DNA of 64,000 nucleotides, from assembly GCA_030704615.1 (NCBI GenBank), contig CM060734.1:11842001-11906000 (forward strand), written 5' to 3'. The translations under genes and the position numbers were made by a program. This DNA comes from Takakia lepidozioides (taxonomy: Eukaryota; Plantae; Bryophyta). Numbering within the stretch: position 1 is the stretch's first letter; each line of letters starts with the position of its first letter. A model generated the notes under the pieces. It had not been told where the DNA came from. It did not search any database and saw nothing but the letters and a program-made list of their open reading frames with translations. Positions 11,801-24,919 of the stretch are shown here, in pieces.

Positions 11801-13891
11801 CCACTAGAGCTTGGCTAGCAACCAACTCCTTTGTATGGATTTTGGGTAGGCCGCTGGCAGAATTGGATATTGACCCCTCCGAATGGTTATGGAAATTCAA
11901 CACCACCCCAGAACCCTTCTTTGCATACACAACAAAAAAGGGCTACAAAGCCCTGTCAGTCACCCAACCCATGTACAAGAAATGGGAATCAAAATGGGGG
12001 CTCTACAACTTCCGCGATGAGAACTGGAAAATTATTTGGGGCTCAGTGTGGATCAAAACCCGGCCATCAAAGATAGCAGCTTTCCTATGACAGGTTGTTA
12101 ATAGAGTTCTCAAAGTTGGGGAATACCTACAGTTCCAGGGAGCCCTCTTGTGTGCTTGCTGTTCCACTGCAGTATTGGAATCCATCGAACATTGCCTTCT
12201 CTCATGTCAAGCACCAGCCAAAATCTGGCCATATGTTAAGTCATTCTATACATATTGGGACAGAAGATAGCTCACAGATACAGACCTCCTTCTTAACTAT
12301 GACCCAGCTTCCAAGAATAGAACCCTAAATTGCCCAGTGTTTGAAACCATCAAAGCCTCTACAATGTGGCACTTATGGAAACTACGTTGTAAGAACACTT
12401 TCCAAGGCCACACAACAACAACATCCTCTCTCCTTGCCACTGTTTTTTGGGACTTACAAACTGAGGCTAGGAAAGCATGGGGCAAACTCTGTGCAGACAT
12501 TGAACGTGACACCACGAATGCAACTGCGCTCCACAGGAAGTTTCAACAATACACCTGGGACAGATAGGGCCTCATATGCAGCAGCCCTGTGCAAGACAAA
12601 TGCAGTTAGAACGAGCTCCCCCCTCAGGCCTGGCGAGATCTTCGTGCACCACTTCACTCTTTCCCAGGAGTTTGAACGGGACATTAACTGGAAACATCAA
12701 AAGCCTTCACCGACTGCTTCTAAGCTGCACTATAGATAGATCTCTCTCTCAGCTCCCCCATATTCAAAGATCTTCTTACTCTCTCCCGACATCGCTCTCC
12801 CTGCGTCATCATAGACAGGGTAGGGTATGCGTTGTTAAGATTTAGGTCTCGGGCAGAGAGCCCTGTTTTTTGGTCTCTTGGACTTTTCTCCAATCGGAGG
12901 TGTTTGGCTCCTAGATCACGGATCTTTGTGTAAGTGTCCATCACTAGAGGCACGGTATTTTGTTCTACAGACTTAATCTCCATCAGGAGATGATTGGCTC
13001 TTAATACACTGAATACGGTGTGTGTACCTTATGGCGACAACGGGGTTTTAATTTTTTTTCCCTTCAATAATTATCAATAAAGTAACCAGGGATTCAAATT
13101 TTTTATATAAAAATAATTAAAAAACAATATAAAAAATATTATGCACTCTATCGAAAGTCATAGTGACTGAACTAATAACCGAGTCTACATCTATCCACTT
13201 GTTGTCGGTATGATCATATTTGAATTTAAATTATCCTTTAGATTTTGATAAGTAGTTTAATAACACCATAATTGGTGTGGTTGGTCTATTTAAACGATCA
13301 ATGGGCTGCCGCGATATCCCCCACGTGCTCCCTAATGACAATTGACATGGCTTCGAAAAATATTCCCTCGAAGCTCTCCTCGTCTCTGTCAGCCCCTGGC
13401 CGGCCTCTTCGTATTCTGTGTGCCACTGCTGCTTCTCGTGCTTCCAGTCAACCATCCACCCAAGCAAGTTTCTCGTAGCTATGAATCCATAGGGATTCAA
13501 AGGTAATCTTGTGCTTAAAATCCGACCCTCACAGATGACAATCGACGGGAAACTCCCTCCCTTACCATTAGAAAAAAAAGAAACCCCCACGCTCAAACCC
13601 CCTCCCTCACCATTAGACCCTAAACTCTAAATGCACGATACGTGTCCACAGACTAATCACTGGACGACACGTGTCCATAGGTATTATCTCAACCCTATAG
13701 TAATTTTTTTTAATAAAAATGAGTCATTATTTTAAACCCTACATTCATTTAACTTCCTCAATCACAATATAATGTACCCATTATTAATTTTAAATGTTTT
13801 CTAATTTTTATATTTTCAAAATAAATTGCACCATATATTTTTTTGCACGTCGGTTGGGAATATTTGGAAGTGACTTCCCTGGGGGACACAC

Positions 13892-14466
13892 CTCAACACC
13901 CCGCTTGTTTCTATTAAGAAAGAGAAGAGGATATCAGAATCAGTGAAATACCAGCTACAATTACTACCATTAGACAAGAGATTGCAGGTTGGACAGTGAC
14001 GGAAGAAACTCAATTGATTCAAGTGAATCTGGGTATAGTAGAAGATCCACAGATAATACGAGTAAGTGCAGACCTTGAAGAATCATTCCTTCAGGAGGCC
14101 ACTGCACTATTCACTGAATATAAACTACAAGGATCTGAAGGGAATACCTCCCAACATTTGTCAGCACCAGAATGAGCTGGAAGTGGACACTAAACCAGTT
14201 TGACAGAACCGATACAGAATGAATCCCAACTATGAAGCTAAGGTTTGGGAAGAAATCAAGAAATTACTGGATGCGGGATTCATATACCCAGTAGAGACAC
14301 CACAATGGTTATTGTAATAGTGCCCAAGAAGAATGACAAATTGTGAGTATGTGTGGACTACCGCAAATTGAATGTAGGAACCAAGAAATACCCATTTCCA
14401 CTACCTTTTACAGAGATAGTGTTGGATACAGTGGCAAGACATGAGAGGTACTCATTCATGGATGGG
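13892..14466 (+). pseudogene. Continuation of the second Ty3/Gypsy: RT N-terminal part, truncated
   Basis: YRMNPNY...EIKKLLDAGFIYP...VPKKN...VDYRKLN...PFPLPFTEIVLDTVARHERYSFMDG. Confidence 0.85.
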
Positions 14467-15520
14467 AGTAAGTTTGGTCTAAGTGATGGGAGGCGGAGCT
14501 CCGCCTCCCCCCTTCGTGATCTAGCTATGTCTTTAGTCATGGTTATCTTTTTAGGGTTCGGCTATCTCTGCTCTTTTTTTACCCTCCACTTCGCAAGCTG
14601 CCGCTGCCGCCACTCTAGCCATGACTATCGTGGACGTAGCGAGCTCCTCAGCCGCCATAGCTTTTTCGTTGCTTTCCGTGTTATGTTGGCTCTCTCTGCC
14701 CCCCCGTCTACACCCCCTCTATCACTCTCACGCATACCATGTGAAGACGATCTTAACACGCAGATTTTGGTGCAATCAAGGCATTTCCAGCCACATTGTT
14801 ACCACTCCAACGGAGGACAACTACACGCATGCCTATCCTAGAAGACTCACCTGCAACAACAGGCGATTTGCATTCTACCCATCTCAGCGCGAGCATAATG
14901 GTATACACATTTTCCATCGTGTTTCTCTTTTTACATGGATTCTACTTATCAATAGTCTAATCACTACCCGATCTCTATCTCTATTCCCCCATCTCTTATC
15001 CCCTTCCGACCCATCTCGGATGTACACACCCCACCCCCTCAACCCAGAATTCTATCACCCATCCCACAAAACAATCTCAAGGCCTTCCAAGAACACTTCC
15101 ACACCGCCTCCTCTACCTTCATACATAAAATCTCCTCTACCCTCTCAGACACTAATACACTCTTATCTCCCGAGGCCGCATGGACTGAGGCCAAGATTAT
15201 CCTCTCATCTACGATGCTAGACATGACCAAAAGTGTCTTAGCCACATGCTCAACTCCTCCAGACCTCCCAAAAACCGCCCGCTCAAAGCAAAACGGCGGA
15301 TATCTCACTAAGACCCAAAAACGGGCATGGTCCTCCCACCTCAATATCTACCACACCATCCGACGGGCCCTTGCCGTCATACCCCATTCCCCACCCCCGA
15401 CATATAACAACTGGAGAACCGATCCCCGCATAACCTGTTTAAATACATTAGAAGTATGCCAACCGCTCCTACCTCCACCCACGGACACCCCCTCCCACAC
15501 CTTAATGTGGCTAGTCTTCT
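14467..15520 (+). mobile_element. Probable decayed LINE-like fragment(s)
   Basis: C-rich, Pro/Thr-rich frames; the 5' motif ggcggagct resembles the LINE start at ~4420; no diagnostic catalytic motif. Confidence 0.3.
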
Positions 15521-16534
15521 GGTGTGCTATTTGGGGTGAATGACATCTACAAATTGCTCGGACCACATAACTTATGATTCGTTGTCATGTCCTTCTTCCA
15601 TGTGACCAGAAATCCATGTTGGGTAAACGCCAGGTACTAATATTAGTATCTTGCTTTATTCCAGGTATTGTCACTGCATAGCCAACTGAGCATACTGAAA
15701 TCCCAGTCACGAGATGCCCTTCTCCACTGAAGTTGGTCTCAGTTTTGCTGACTGCACAGCATACATTGCAGAATTACCACAGTACACAAAAGCAGCAGAT
15801 GGTGAATAGCTACAGTGCTAGTTTCCTGTTGATCTTATGGAAACGTCTGCTTGCTTCTCTACAATCATGTCACTTTGGAGTTAAGATAAGTAACCTATTT
15901 CAACACTGGTAGCAGGTTGAAGGCTCTCCCAGCCCACAGCCTTTTTCAGGGAGAAAACTTGGGAGAGGAGAAGGTAGAATTTGACTAACTGAATGGCTGT
16001 GTTCATGCATGAAAAACATGCCACAATCATAATCACCCCACCACAGCCATAAAAGAAGTGCAGGGTCTTGAGTCTTGACATGTATGCATGTCATGTGTGG
16101 TTCGGTGATTCCGCTCTGAGCATTATCAACCTATATAGCATGACTGAAAACTCACATTTCAGAGATTCAATGGCTAGGGTCTTGCTAGAAGAAATCTGAA
16201 AGATGTTGTCAGGACTCTTCCGCTTCTCATCAGGTCGGTCCAGTGCCATCCTATCGTTACAAGGGCCACGAAATAGTGGAAAAATGCTATTGGGGTTTTG
16301 GTTTTTACCTTCATGACTTTAAATGTGGTTTCCATTCTGACATCGAAACTTCAACACTAAAACCCAAGGGAAAAGCATCATAAAAGGTTTGTATAGGCCC
16401 AAGGGCATTCCACGATTTAAGGGTTGGCTGCCGAGGGCGTTGGCCCCAGGCTGACAGCCCGAAAATCGTGGAATGCCCGCGGGCAGGGGCCTTACCCTGC
16501 GTGAAGCACCGCTAGAAAATTCGACACGTGTCCT

Positions 16535-16635
16535 TTTGTAAGCACCCTAGGGCGGTTACGTTTGTGTAAGCACCCTAGGGCACATTACATTTGTGTAAGC
16601 ACCCTAGGGTGCGTTACATTTGTGTAAGCACCCCC
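16535..16635 (+). repeat. ~29-bp tandem repeat (TTTGTGTAAGCACCCTAGGG...) x3.5
   Basis: Units read directly. Confidence 0.85.
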
Positions 16636-18844
16636 GCCACGCAGGGCCCATTCACGGGAATAAGCGCCCTCAAAATACAAAGAGAATTTTTAGTTTTAAC
16701 CTCAAATCCATGGGCTCATCCCTATGGGCTAATATTTGGTTGGCTTGGGGAAAATTGAGGAAGTTCCTATCTAAGTCTCAGCCTAGTAACTATCATGAAA
16801 CACTGAGACAACACCTTTTCTTAAACTCTAGCAATCCAGACCCTTCCCAGAGAAGCCAAGCAAGAGATGGTCCTCCTAGGACTGCCTTGGTATTAGCCAG
16901 ATGTTTAACATTTGGAGGGACAATAGCATGAGATCCCTGGTCTCTGTTGCGGAAACAGTGGGGAAGGCAAAAGCGAATAGAGGCTATCAAGACCTGCTGC
17001 AATCCATACCTCCTCAGTGGTTAGCAACCCTAGCTGAGGGGCCAGCCATGCCTTTGCCTGACTCCTGGGCTCTTGCCTTCATCGATGATCAGCCCAAGAT
17101 CCTATACATCAAGAACGTTTTCTAGACCACTCTCTCTGTTTTCTCCTTCTCTATCAACACCACTTCCTTGCTTCTTACTCTAACCTCTGTTCACCCTTCA
17201 GATATGCATAATATCAACCTCATCCCTGTGAGGATATGCTGCTGGTCTTGCCCTTCCAGATCTATGAACCCCCAGGCTCCTCTAAATTCCCCTACCTTGG
17301 CTGGCTTCTAATTCTTTCATATGGATTCTTGGGAGGCCTCTATCGGAGTTGGAAGTAGATCCCCATGAATGGTCCTGGAAGTTCAAGAACCAATCAGACC
17401 CTTTCTTTACCTATACAACTAAGAAGGGTTATAAAGCCCTCTTGATTTCACAGCCTATGCAAAAAAAAATGGGAAGAAAGATGGGAGATGCATTGCTTTC
17501 ATGATGAGAAGTGGTCCATCATTTGGGGTTCGGTTTGGATTAAGACCCGGCCGGCCAAAGTTGCATTTCTGTGGCAGATAGTAAACAGGGTTCTCAAAGT
17601 GGGCGACTGGCTGCAGTTTCAAGGGGCTATCCTATGTGCCTGTTGCTCTTCAGCCGTCTCAGAATCTATAGAACACAGTCTCTTATAGTGTCAAGCTCCA
17701 GCTAAATATGGCCCTTAGTGAAATGTTTCTATCAGCTGTGGAACCCCAAGACCCTCTCACCTACTGACCTCCTCTTGAACTATAACCCTGTCATAAAGAA
17801 AATATCCATCAATTGTCTAGTCTTCGAAACTTTGAGAGGGGCAACTTTATGGCAACTTTGGAAGTTACGTTGCAAGAACACCTTCTCGGCTCAAACATCC
17901 ACGATATCTGCTCTCTTGGCTTCTATATTCTACGATCTGCAAACTGAAGCTTTTATGACTGCATGACTACCCAGTCAGATAAACCCAGTCACTTAAGACA
18001 AATGAGTCGTAAGTGCTATAGAGTCGTATCTGCCAGTCGTGGAGCTCACTGTTGATGTGGCAACGGGGACGCCTAATCATAGTCATTGATAAGACCATAG
18101 TAAATGACTGTGAGTCCATGTTAGCTTCACGTGGAACGGAAGGGATATGCCACGTGTCACGTCAAAGGGAAGGTGACAGGGTCTTTACGACTGGCATATA
18201 TGACTTCCGCAGATTAATTTCAGGACAACACGTGGAGAAGACTGGACATGACACGTGGAGTCAAATTATGCAGGATGGGGGTGGTCGTTATGACTGGAAC
18301 ATATGACTTCCATGGCGCACTCTAGATACTGCACGTGGCACGAGTATGGGCGAACACGAGGGGTGAAAGTGGCATGGGGCGGAGGCTCTGTGGATGGGAG
18401 GTAGTTGTGTACATGACCGTAGTCATGGGCCTAACTCTAGCAGCATTGACACATGAAAGCACCATTGAAACATGAAAGCACATTTGAAATTGGAACATCG
18501 ATTCAAATACAACGTGACTTAATGTTCAAAGATTTGTTCTATAATCTAATCCGGTGCTGCTACAAAAATGCACAAAGTTGCAAAGTCTATATAGACTTCC
18601 AAATGCCTGAGCAGAAGATGCATACACTGGCATCTCTCAAACTTCAGCAATCCACTACCTTCATTAGCAGTGCAGGTGATTTTATCAATTGTGCCGCTGC
18701 TGTTGCGGCTTCTAGTTGACCATCTACCCATGCAGGTTTCTTGTAGCTATCATTCCACAATGAATCATAGGTAATCTGGAGCTTGAAAATCCGGCCCTCT
18801 TGGATGAATCTGCACCCACACTCTATCCCTGCTCCTTCAGCTAT

Positions 18845-19830
18845 CCATGCCCACGAGGATATTGTTCAGAATCACATCTGGTACAATTTCAGCTTTGGTG
18901 ATGCAACCATGTACCTCTTTGCATGTGCTTTCCAGGGCTGTCAGGCTTGCACACGCACTGCAAACGCACACAAACATGATGTGGTCGAGCTTCACCCCTT
19001 CCCCCATCATTTCTTTTCAGGTCTCCAAAGCCTTATCCCGCGCTCCTGCTCTGCACGCCCTCACCACAAGGGCATATTTCAGAACGACATCAATTCAATT
19101 CCAGCTTGGACGATGTCACCACGAACCCGTCTTCACTCATTGCCTACTCTAGTTAAGTGCAATTATGGGCTAGGCTGATACCACATCTCATTCAGCCATA
19201 TTATCAAACTGCATGCCATTTGTATCCTTGTAGTTGTACCCAAACTTGGCATACATGTCCACGATGGCAACGTTTAGAATCACATCAGATACAATACCAG
19301 CTTTGAGGATATTACCGTGGACCTCTGCACCTTTTTTCAGGGCTGCCAGGCTTGCATTTGACATACATATCCACCAAGGCAGTGTTTAGAGGCATCTAGT
19401 GGTACAATTCCAACTTTGACAATGTCACCATGGACCTTTGCGTCCTTTCCACGGCTACCAGGCTCGTATTTGACATACATGTACACCAAGGGAATGTTCA
19501 GAAAGACATCAGGTACAATTCCAGCTTTGATGATGCTACCATGAACCTCTTGGCCCCTTCCCAGCATATGCATATTACAAATACAAATGTACATGACCTC
19601 ATCTGGCTTCATCCTTTCCCACATCATTTGCTCTTAGGTTTCCAAAGCCTTAATCCCACACCCATGTTGCACATACCTTGCAATCATGGCACTCCACAAC
19701 ACCACATCTCACTTAGCCATGTTGTCGAACTCTCCCTTCGCATCAGGCTTGCTGCACCCACATTTGGCATACATGTCCACCAGGGCAGTGTTCAGAATGA
19801 CAACTAGTACAATTTCAGCTTTGACGATGG
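18845..19830 (-). pseudogene. PLS-class pentatricopeptide repeat gene fragment
   Basis: NTALVDMYAKCG...FDNM...DVVLWSAMIARYVQHG...MKPDEV...VHGSIIKAGIVPDVFL; multiple stops. Confidence 0.85.
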
Positions 19831-20810
19831 CACATGGCCAAGAGTTATCCCAATATCCCGCTACCAATGAGTTCAATGCATATCCTTGTCACATTGGCAG
19901 TATCATGTCAAAGTCACTTCAAACTAGATTCACTCAACAGCTAACTTGCAGAATTCAACATGAAAATTTAGGGCCGATTCTGATAAGAGGGGAAAACAGG
20001 GTGAAATGTGTTGAAGAAGGTGCCTTCATTAGCAGTGCAGGTGATTTTATCAATTGTGCCGCTGCTGCTGCGGCTTCCAGTTGACCATCTACCCATGCAG
20101 GTTTCTTGTATCTATCATTCCACAGGGAATCATAGGTAATGTGGAGCTTGAAATCCGGCCCTCTTGGATGAATCTGGACTCACACTCTATCCCTGCTCCT
20201 TCAGCTATCTATGCCTTTGCACAAAATCATGCATACATCTTTATCTTCCTGCTAGCAGCTAACAATGACAGCCTAGAATTGTTCCAGCAAACACATGGAA
20301 AAACTTCTTCATATCGTACATTAAGAAAAAGCCACACCTTGCGATTGCGGTTGTCGCACCATCGTGAGGGATCTTTAAAAAACTCATGCCAGCTCTGTTC
20401 CGTGCTGCGAATTCAGGGCCAAGTCTGATGAGAGGGCAAAACAGGTTGAAATAGGTCGAAGAAGAAGGTGCCCTCACCACATTGTCCTCCACCTTATGTC
20501 ATGACCCATAGAGGATTCGACTGACCACGAACCCAAACGGACCTCTTGTGTGTGCTGTTTGTGTTTGTAGTTCGGTAATGTCGGATTGGTCCATGAGAAC
20601 CACCACAATGCAGCTGAGTGAGCAGAGATTGAAACACGACTTGCTAAGACCAAGCTGACTCTCCGAAGAACCTTGTAAATAGCAGGAAGAATACCAAATC
20701 ATGGTACTAACAGTCGCCAAGAGCCCAGATTTGCAGGATGGACAAACTTCTTCTTCACATCGTACATTGAGAAAAAGCCACACCTTGCGATTGCGGTTGT
20801 CCATCGTGAA

Positions 20811-20890
20811 GGTGGCCAGCCGCTTCCCATAGTAGTCGATGGCCACATCGTGCACCACATCTTCATGCCCCGATTCTAGGGTTTGAGCCC
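20811..20890 (-). pseudogene. SEC13: SEC13 N-terminal WD40 fragment
   Basis: TLESGHEDVVHDVAIDYYGKRLAT matches the conserved SEC13 N-terminus; the similarity stops abruptly. Confidence 0.8.
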
Positions 20891-22818
20891 TGTCTGCCCC
20901 CTATCCCACCAGCTCCGCTCGTCGTCTCTCATGATCAGACTCGACCCTAAAACAAAACAAACATAGCTCCGCCCTATTCGACGTCTCTCATGATCAGACT
21001 CGGCACTATAAGAAAGCAAACACAGCTCCGTCATGTTTGTCGTCTCTCACAATCAAACTCGACACAGAAAACAAACAGATGGCAGGGGAGACAAAAAAAA
21101 ACGCTAAGTCCCCTCTACTCATGACTGGATGGATGAATGTAGCGATAGATGGATGGATTTTGGATTTTCCATCAATACATCCATCCATTCATTTGTTTTT
21201 CCATTTTTTGGCCATTTTAATTTCATCCATTCATCCAAAATAAATCTTTAAATGAGTTTCACTGTCAGTTCATCCAATAGCTGCTAGCTCAATGTTTGCA
21301 TTATCATTCGTTCCTACGTTCATCCAATAGTTGCCAGCAAGGCGTTTGTTGTATCATTCGTTCATTCGTTCATACATTCATCCAGTGCACAAAAGATATG
21401 TTTGATACGTTCATTCAATAGTTGCCAGCAAGGCGTTTGTGTATCATTCGTTGAAATAATACAGTTGCTTTGTTTCACTAATCTTAACCAACAATCGATT
21501 AGTTTTACTATTAATCTGCTGGGTCAGTGAAAGAGTAGTTAAATATTTTTACTACTTATTATCCTCATACTTACCACTGCAACCTAGCAACCCTAAATTC
21601 GAGCACATTCATCCTAATTCATCCTAGTTCATTCACCCTAATTCATCCTAGTTCACTCATCCTAATTCATCCTAATCATTCATTCATCCATTCATTTCTT
21701 CATTCACAGGGTGTGGCTTAATGCCCGCGAGAAATGATATGTTGACACGTCGTCATTTGCAATCACATCCTGCATATGTTTCATCCATTTATGTTTGCAT
21801 TGTCCACGTAGACACTCATTGGGCAACCGGCAATCGCCACGTGCAGTCGTGAATACTGGCAATCATACATTCTCATGCCCACGTCATCATGTTGCAGTTT
21901 TGGCCATGACTCCTAGTCGTATCTACCATCTTCCCCTATCTGGTCAAACGTGTTTGACCGCAGATCCTGACGTGGCGGAGGTACAAGGTGGCATATACGA
22001 CTTCTGGTGGTCACAATTGGCAACCAGGTATGCCCCCTTGCATTTTGTAGACATATATGCTACGACTGGGCAAATGTGGCAGATGTTAAAGCCGGGATCT
22101 GTTGTAGCTAGCCCTTTGACAGACCACTGCCTCTGGACCAAACTCCCTCCTCCTGCGTGGAGAGACCTCCGTGTCCCCCTCCACTCATTCCCCTGAGTTC
22201 GAGAGAGACGTAAATTGGAAGCATCTCAAGGCTTCCTCTAAAGCAGCTAGACTTAATTATAGATAAATCCGATCAGCGTTACAAAGTCAAGTCGTACATG
22301 TTGCTGGTGTAATAGTTTTATTGGCCACTAGGGCAAAGTGCTCTGTCTTTGTCAGGTTCTAGGGTATTAAAATTGTCTCTGCCAAAGCACCATCTAGGCA
22401 TTTATATGGTCTGGTTTCTTGGGATGTGTTCCCTGGGTTTATTTTTTGGATATTTTTCTCCTCGTGAGAATGCATGGTTCATTGATCACTGTTTACGGTG
22501 CGTGTACCTTATGTTGTAATAGGGGTTTTAATTTTTTCCCCACAATAAATGATATAAAGTACTGTGAGGCAAGACATGCAAAGAACACCTTATTACGATC
22601 CAGTACACATCAGAAGTAGGCCTGGAAAGGAGCAGGGCAGTACCCTACCAAGCGTCTTGGTTGTCTCTGCCCCTCAGGTCTCTTTCCGTTGTACTCTAAG
22701 ACTGGGCTTAGATCATGCGTTGCAAGATATGATGGTCCCCTTTCTCCAAGCCGACACAGCTTGGCACAGCCCGTCACAACGTACATAGGGAACGGTTATC
22801 ATTGGCAGGGAACGACTG

Positions 22819-23366
22819 TGTGGGGCCGGGGATATATTCCCCTTTCTGTTCGGGTATTACCAACAGGAGGGTTGTAGCGCAGTAGGGCAGAGACTTGCTA
22901 GATAGGATGGAATCTATCACAATCATTCACACTAGCCAACACACTTTCATCCAAGAGATCAGGTACACACAAGTTCCAACACAAGTACACCATACACCAC
23001 TTGAGATCAAATCCACCACCTCCTTTGCCTCTGATCACAGGCTTAAGTAGTATTAGAAACGTAATCAAATCTGAACCACATGGGCTCTCTACATTGGTCC
23101 TCCAGATGTCTTTCTAGCAAGACCACTCAATGACGCCAGCTCATCTATCATAATCCTAAACTAGCTATTAACTACAAACAACCCTAATTTAATGAGACCC
23201 AGCTATGCCGCGCATGTAACGTAATGGTCAGCCGCCACATCCGGTCGTCATCCATCCAAAACCCACAGCAACAGTTCATCTAAACGCAGTCCTACTTTAT
23301 CCATAACCCTATTTTAAGTAATTCCGGACTTTTGGCTTAAATCCGGACCAAACTTAATATATAACA
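22819..23366 (-). mobile_element. Solo or orphan LTR of the dUTPase-bearing Gypsy family
   Basis: 22822-23304 closely matches 60937-61409; starts tgtggggcc; right end (...ataaca) uncertain; no TSD found. Confidence 0.7.
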
Positions 23367-23809
23367 TAATTAAAATTAATTCAGGTATTAATAATAATAT
23401 CGTGGAATATTGAGTCATTTAACTTGTGAAGTTGCACAATCCCATTTATGTAACATCGAATGGTAAGTCGAATGACGTACTTTGCATCAGAAAATTATAA
23501 AGATAAGATCGATTGAATGAAGTTATTAATAAATTGATAGATGTATGACATAAACAGATGATTCAAGAGGATAATATACAAATGAAAAGTAAACATCCAT
23601 ACCAAGCTTATAGTATAGTAGTACCATGAACCAATGTATTGCAAGTTTTCAATTGATGGATTAAAACGTTGAATGGAATAAGGTTGGATTTCAATGAAAC
23701 ATGTGAATTATGTTTCAAAATATTTAGGGATCATTCCGAAAGGTTCATATGACAACCAAATATTGTGGAAGAGTGTCATGTAGATTCAGCTATAAAGTCA
23801 TTGAACCAA

Positions 23810-24375
23810 GCTGAAATTAGGTTTTAGGTTATAGAGTTTGCTAGGGTACATTGAAACATAGTACTTGGTATGAATGGAAAAGAAAATATGGGAAAGTGTA
23901 CAGATAACTTGGCACCTATGAAAATTTGTTAATGAAATATCCCAACCACAGATTGTATCCAAATTTCTATGATGAATGTGAATCAAACAGTGGAGCTTGG
24001 TCTAGGGTTTAGGGTTTAGGGTTTTAGAAAACTGTAAATGGACAAACAATTATGGAGTTTGAGTCTTTACCCATACGTAGAACAATTCATGAAATATTAT
24101 CCCCACCACTTCGACCGTACCCAAAATTGAAAGTAATAAATAAATAAGCATCAAACATTGAAATTAGGTTTTAGGGTATAGAGTTTGCGAGGGTACTAAC
24201 CATAATACTCGGTATGAATGGAAAAGAAAATATTGGGAAGGGTACAGATGACTTGTCACCTATGATTTAGGGTTTAGGGAATAAATTTTTTCAACCACAG
24301 ATTATATCTAATCTATGAAGAATGTGCATCAAACAATGGAGTTACGTTTAAGGGCTTAGGGTTTAGGGTTTAGAT
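23810..24375 (+). repeat. ~350-bp imperfect direct duplication with short TTTAGGG telomere-like runs
   Basis: tgaaattaggttttagg... recurs at ~23812 and ~24159; TTTAGGG runs at ~24003, ~24267 and ~24357. Confidence 0.7.
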
Positions 24376-24399
24376 AACTATAAATGTCGTTGTCACTGA

Positions 24400-24635
24400 C
24401 GATGTATGTGTTGGTGATGGTGGAGCACTTCTCCAAGTGGATTGAGTTGGTTCTATTGCCTGACAAGGCTAGTGAGGGGGCTGCGTATGCATTCCTGGAT
24501 CGTGTGCTTAGCCGATTCGGTGCTCCAGCTGAGGTACTCACGGACCAAGGAAGAGAGTTTTTGGGGGAGTTTCAGGCTTTGTGTGATAAAGCCTTGATAG
24601 ACCACCGTACCACTTCTAGGAACCATTCTGAGACC
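24400..24635 (+). pseudogene. Isolated Ty3/Gypsy integrase core fragment
   Basis: VMVEHFSKWIELV...LSRFGAPAEVLTDQGREF. Confidence 0.8.
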
Positions 24636-24919
24636 GGTTAATGTAAATCCACTGAGGGGGATCATCTAGATTGAACTCCCAAACTTTGGACCAACAATCT
24701 CTATCATAGTTATCATTCCTGACGTGACGTGACGTGGCGCTGACACGTCGGCCGTCACGTCCGACGTGCGTCACGTCACGTCGAATCCGGAAGTTTACCC
24801 ACGTAATTTTTTTTAATTTGACTTTTACGATTTACTTCTACCGTTGGTAATGACATGGCAGCCACGGTGTAAAACAGACGTGGCCAATTATTAATATTTA
24901 TTAATTCTTTCTAAAAAAT

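Larger units (their letters stand above)
7567..12739 (+). pseudogene. LINE ORF2 (endonuclease-reverse transcriptase), disrupted
   Basis: Endonuclease and RT motifs across ORFs 7381-12739; split by the MITE at 8066-8812. Confidence 0.9.
4401..13083 (+). mobile_element. L1-clade LINE, near full length, decayed
   Basis: ORF1 with CFNCGQLGHLGIDC knuckle. ORF2 with APE endonuclease (SWNIRGL, LQEHK, NIYAPN, GDFN), RT (LDFEKAFDRV, RQGCPLSP, MFVDD) and C-terminal Cys/His finger (CACC...ESIEHCLLSC). The 3' end ...ataaagt is shared with the copy ending at 22560. Confidence 0.9.
4204..13883. mobile_element. Non-autonomous TIR DNA transposon with 8-bp TSD (hAT-like), containing a LINE
   Basis: TIRs cccggggaagtcact (4204-4218) and agtgacttccctggg (13869-13883), 14/15 match. 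TSD ggacacac at 4196-4203 and 13884-13891. Removing it restores the Gypsy frame (EEDAMDT-PQHPACFY...). Confidence 0.85.
17950..22107. mobile_element. Pack-CACTA-like non-autonomous element with captured gene fragments
   Basis: Right end aaagccgggatctgttgtag resembles the reverse complement of the CACTA terminus at 33745 (cactacaacaaattgcggctttt). Left end begins gcttttatgac with atgact/agtcgt subterminal motifs; its terminal bases are lost. Confidence 0.65.
16694..22560 (+). mobile_element. 5'-truncated LINE of the same family as 4401-13083, interrupted at 17950-22107
   Basis: WANIWLAWGKLRK, IIWGSVWIKTRP, CACCSSAVSESIEH; resumes at ~22108 with LPPPAWRDLR...NWKH...YR* and the same 3' end. Confidence 0.85.

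Noticed and set aside
4390-13095. TSD for the full-length LINE
   Set aside because: No convincing direct repeat at the two ends, so the boundaries are approximate
16210-16250. Minus-strand CTGATGAG suggesting a hammerhead ribozyme
   Set aside because: No properly placed GAAA core or stem II could be formed
15520-16250. Possible exon fragments of a host gene
   Set aside because: No recognisable motif or consistent spliced frame
24001-24375. True telomere or chromosome-fusion site
   Set aside because: Only 2-3 units per run, all in one orientation
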